DNA of 64,000 nt from Mobula hypostoma. Lineage: Eukaryota. Under the pieces are notes generated by a model. It was given only the letters and a program-made list of their open reading frames with translations. It was not told the DNA's origin and did no database searches. Numbering within the stretch: the stretch's first letter is position 1; each line of letters starts with the position of its first letter. A program made the translations under genes and the position numbers. Of this stretch, positions 60,540-64,000 are shown piece after piece. The DNA is taken from contig NC_086108.1 of the NCBI RefSeq assembly GCF_963921235.1, forward strand, positions 90,026,001 through 90,090,000, written 5' to 3'.

Positions 60540-63500
60540 ACCATTCAATAGGTTTCAATAAGGTCACCCCCTCATTCTTCTGCATTCTAGTGAATACAGG
60601 CCCAGAGCCACCAAACTCTCTTTGTATGACAAACCGTTCCATCCTGGAATCATTTTTGTGAACCTCTTTTGAACACTCTCCAGTTTCAGCACATCTCTTC
60701 CAAGATAACAGTCCAAAACCTGCTTACAGTATTCCAAGTGATGCCTCACTAGTGCTTTATAAAGTCTCAACATTACATTCTTGCCTTTATAGTATAGTCC
60801 TCTTGAAATGAATGCTAACATCTCATTTGCCTTCCTCATCACAGACTCAAACTACAAATTAACCTTTAGGGAACCCTGCACAAGGACCTCCAAGTCCCTT
60901 TTACCTCAGTTGTTAGTATTTTCTCTCCATTTAGAAAAAAGTCAACCCTTTCATTTCTACCAAGGTGCATGACCATACACTTTCCGATGCTGCTACTTCT
61001 TTCCACTCTCTTCTAATCTGTCTAAGTCTTTCGGTAGCCTCTCTGCTTCCTCAAAACTGCCTGCCCCTTCACCTATATTCATATTGTCTGCAGATTTTGC
61101 AACAAAGCCACTAATTCCATCATCCAAATCATAGACATATAACAATGAAAAGAATCAGTTCCAACACATACCTCTGTAGAACACCACTAGTCACCGGCAG
61201 CCATTCAGAAGAGGTTTCCTTTATTCCCATTCTTTGTCTCCTGCCAAACTGCCGTACTTTATCCCTGCTAGAATCTTTCCTGTAAAGCCATGGGTTCATA
61301 GCTTGTTAAGTAGGCTTATGTGAGGCACCTTGTCAAAGGCCTTCTGAAAATCCAGGTTATCAAAATCAGCCAATTTTCCTTTATCTATCCTGCTTGTTAT
61401 TTCTTCAAATAATTCCAACAAATTTGTCAGGCAAGATTTTCCCTTGAAAATGCTGACCACAGTTAATTTTATCATGTTCCTCCAAGTACCACAAAACCAT
61501 ATCATTACTACATCTCCAATGACTTCCCAACCTCTGAGGTCAAACTGACTGGCCTAGAATTTCCTTTTTTCTGGCTCTCCCTTCTTGAAGAGTGAAGTGA
61601 CATTTACAATTTTCCAGTCTTCTGGAACCATTCCAGAATCTAGTGATTCCTGAAAGATCATTACTAATGCCTCCACAATCTCTTCATCCACCTCTTTTAG
61701 AATCCTAGGGTGTACACCATCCGGTCCAACTGGCTTATCTACCTTCAGACCTTTCAGTTTCCCATGTACCTTCTCCCTAGTGATGGTAACTTCACACACT
61801 TCATGACCAATGATACCTGAAACTTCCACCATACTGCTAGTGTCTTCCACAGTGAAAACTGATGCAAAATACTTATACAGTTTGCCCAGCATTTCCTTGT
61901 TCCCTATTACTACTTCTCCAGCATCGTTTGCCAGTGGTCTGATATCCACTCTCTCCTCTCTTCTACACTTTTTGTATCTGAAGAAACTTTTGGTAACCTT
62001 TTTAATGTTATAGGCTAGCTTACTTTCGTATTCCATCTTTACCTTCTTATTGACCTTTTTAATTGCCTTCTATCAGTTTTTTAAAACTTCCCAATCCTCT
62101 AATTTCCCATGAATATTTGCTCTATTATATGTCCCCTCTTTGGCTTTTATGTTGACTTTGATTTCTCTTGCTAGCCACAATTCTGTCATCTTGCCTTTAG
62201 AATACTTCTTCCTCTTCAGGATGTATCTATCCTGTGCCTTCCGAATTGCTTCCAGAAATTCCAGCCATTGCTGCTCTGCCGTCATCCCTGCCAGTGTTCT
62301 TTTCCAGTCAATTCTGGCCAAATCCTCTCTCATGCCTCTGTAATTCTCTTTACTCCACTATAAGACTGATACATCTGACTTTAGCTTGTTCTTAAATTTC
62401 AGGATGAATTCGATTATATTATGATCACTTGTCCCGAAGGGTCCTTTTATCTGAAGCTCTCTAATCAATTTTGGTTCATTGCACAACACCCAATCCAGAA
62501 TAGCTGATCCCCTTGTAGGCTCATCTTCGAGATACTCCAAAAAGCCATCTTATAGGTACTCTAGAAATTCTGCCCTCTTGGAATCCAGCACCAACCTAAT
62601 TTTTCCAATCTACCTGCATATTGAAATCCCCCATGACTACTGTAACATTCCCCTTTAAGCATGCATTTTCTCTCTCCCATTATAATTTGTAGACCAGATC
62701 CTTACGACTGTTTGGTGGTCTGTATATACTTCCTATCAGGGTCTTTTTACCCTTGCAGTTCATTAGCTGTATCCACAACGATTCAACCGTCTGACGCTAT
62801 GTCACCTCTTTCTAATGATTTGAGTTAATTTTTTAGCAACAGAACAATGCCACAACCTCTACCTTTCTGCCAGTCCTTTCGATACAATGTGTATCCTTGG
62901 ACATTAAGCTCCCAGCTGTAATCTTCCTTCAGACACAATTCAATGATGCCTACACATCATACCTGCCAATCTGCAAATGTGCGGCAAGTTCAACTCCCTT
63001 ATTCTGTATATTGCGCACTTTCAAATATAACAGCTTCAGTCGTGTATTCACCTTCTTTGATTTTGTCCATCTTTTACATTGCAACTCATCCTGTTGACTA
63101 TGACTTTGCCCACTCATCAACCTCTCCTTGCTAGGAGTCTCACTACACATTGCCTCTGTTTGTAAACCAACTACCTTTTACTCAGCACTATCACTTGGGT
63201 TCCCATTCCCCTGTCAAATTAATTGAAACACACCTTAACAACTATAGCTAAACTGCCTGCAAGGACATTGGACCCCTTCCTGTTCAGATGTAACCCTTCC
63301 TTATTGTACAGGTCATACCATCTCAGAAGAGATCCCAATAATCCACAAATCTTAACCCCTGCCTCTTGCACCTCAGCCAAACATTCACTTAAGTTATCCT
63401 ATCCTTACCCTTGCTAGCCATGGCACAGGCAGTAATCAGAGATTACTACCCTGCAGGTCCTGTTTTCTCAACTTTCTACCTAGCTCCCTAAAATCTCTCT

Positions 63501-63645
63501 TCAGGAGCTCCTCACCATGTCGACCTACATCATGTGTGCCAATATGTATCTAGATATCTGGCTGCTCACCCTTGCCCTTGAGAATGCAATGGACCCAATC
63601 TGAGAAATCCCTGATCCTGGCAGCAAGGAGGCAACATACCATCCA
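60540..63645 (-). mobile_element. Long decayed CR1 LINE (ORF1 end, APE, RT)
   Basis: ORFs 62950-63150 (LKLLYLKVRNIQNK), 62358-62540 (EPTRGSAILDWVLCNE...SDHN), 61554-62036, 61296-61505 ([12 protein letters not shown]) and 60564-60842. Confidence 0.9.
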
Positions 63646-64000
63646 GGCGGGAGGAGAAGGTGGCGGCGCGACGCAGCCCGCAGCGGCCACGCCGGTGGTG
63701 ATGTCTGTTATTTGTCAAGTAGGATGCTGTGCACAATCCTGATTTGATGGAGATGGACTTGAGAGCACAGAGGAACATCTGGTGAAACTTCTGAAATGCC
63801 TGCTTTGCTGCTGCTGCTACTGTGTGGTCCAGAATCTCTGGAGGAGAAGGCCCTGAGTCCTTGGCTTTGCTTGTTGCTCGGCGGCCGGGGCGGGGTTGAA
63901 GCGCTCGGCAGAGGATGGTGCTCGGAGAGGCTGTGTCAGAGGGGCAGGTCGGAGGCTCGAAGTTTTCAGATGGACTTAGAGTCCACTGCGGTCGGGTGCT
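63646..64000 (+). repeat. GC/CpG-rich element, probably a younger interspersed repeat, running off the window edge
   Basis: Abrupt switch from decayed CR1 to CpG-rich sequence (ggtggcggcgcgacgcagcccgcagcggcc). Family not assignable from sequence alone. Confidence 0.45.

Noticed and set aside
63646..64000. CpG-island promoter or first exon
   Set aside because: It abruptly interrupts a CR1 ORF1 remnant, which fits a younger repeat insertion better. It cannot be fully excluded because the window ends here.

Overview
Eukaryotic, repeat-dense genomic DNA. The repeat mix (HE1-type V-SINEs, DeuSINE remnants, many CR1 and Rex1/Babar LINEs, Penelope elements) suggests a cartilaginous fish, probably a ray; this is inference. 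I found no intact host gene, tRNA, rRNA or CRISPR array, so the window looks like a gene desert or a large intron. Most ORFs in the track are decayed retroelement pieces or their antisense shadows. Contents: many CR1 and Rex1 LINE copies, two RTE LINEs (one apparently full length), Penelope-like elements carrying minimal hammerhead-ribozyme motifs, two decayed Gypsy LTR elements, two solo LTRs, and Tc1, mariner and hAT non-autonomous DNA transposons. Several insertions are nested with readable target-site duplications (TSDs). The standout is a two-LTR Gypsy element (48490-51353, minus strand). Its RT/RNaseH/integrase core is replaced by an intronless fragment of the host splicing-factor gene RBM25 covering the RRM domain, which looks like retrovirus-style capture of a cellular mRNA.
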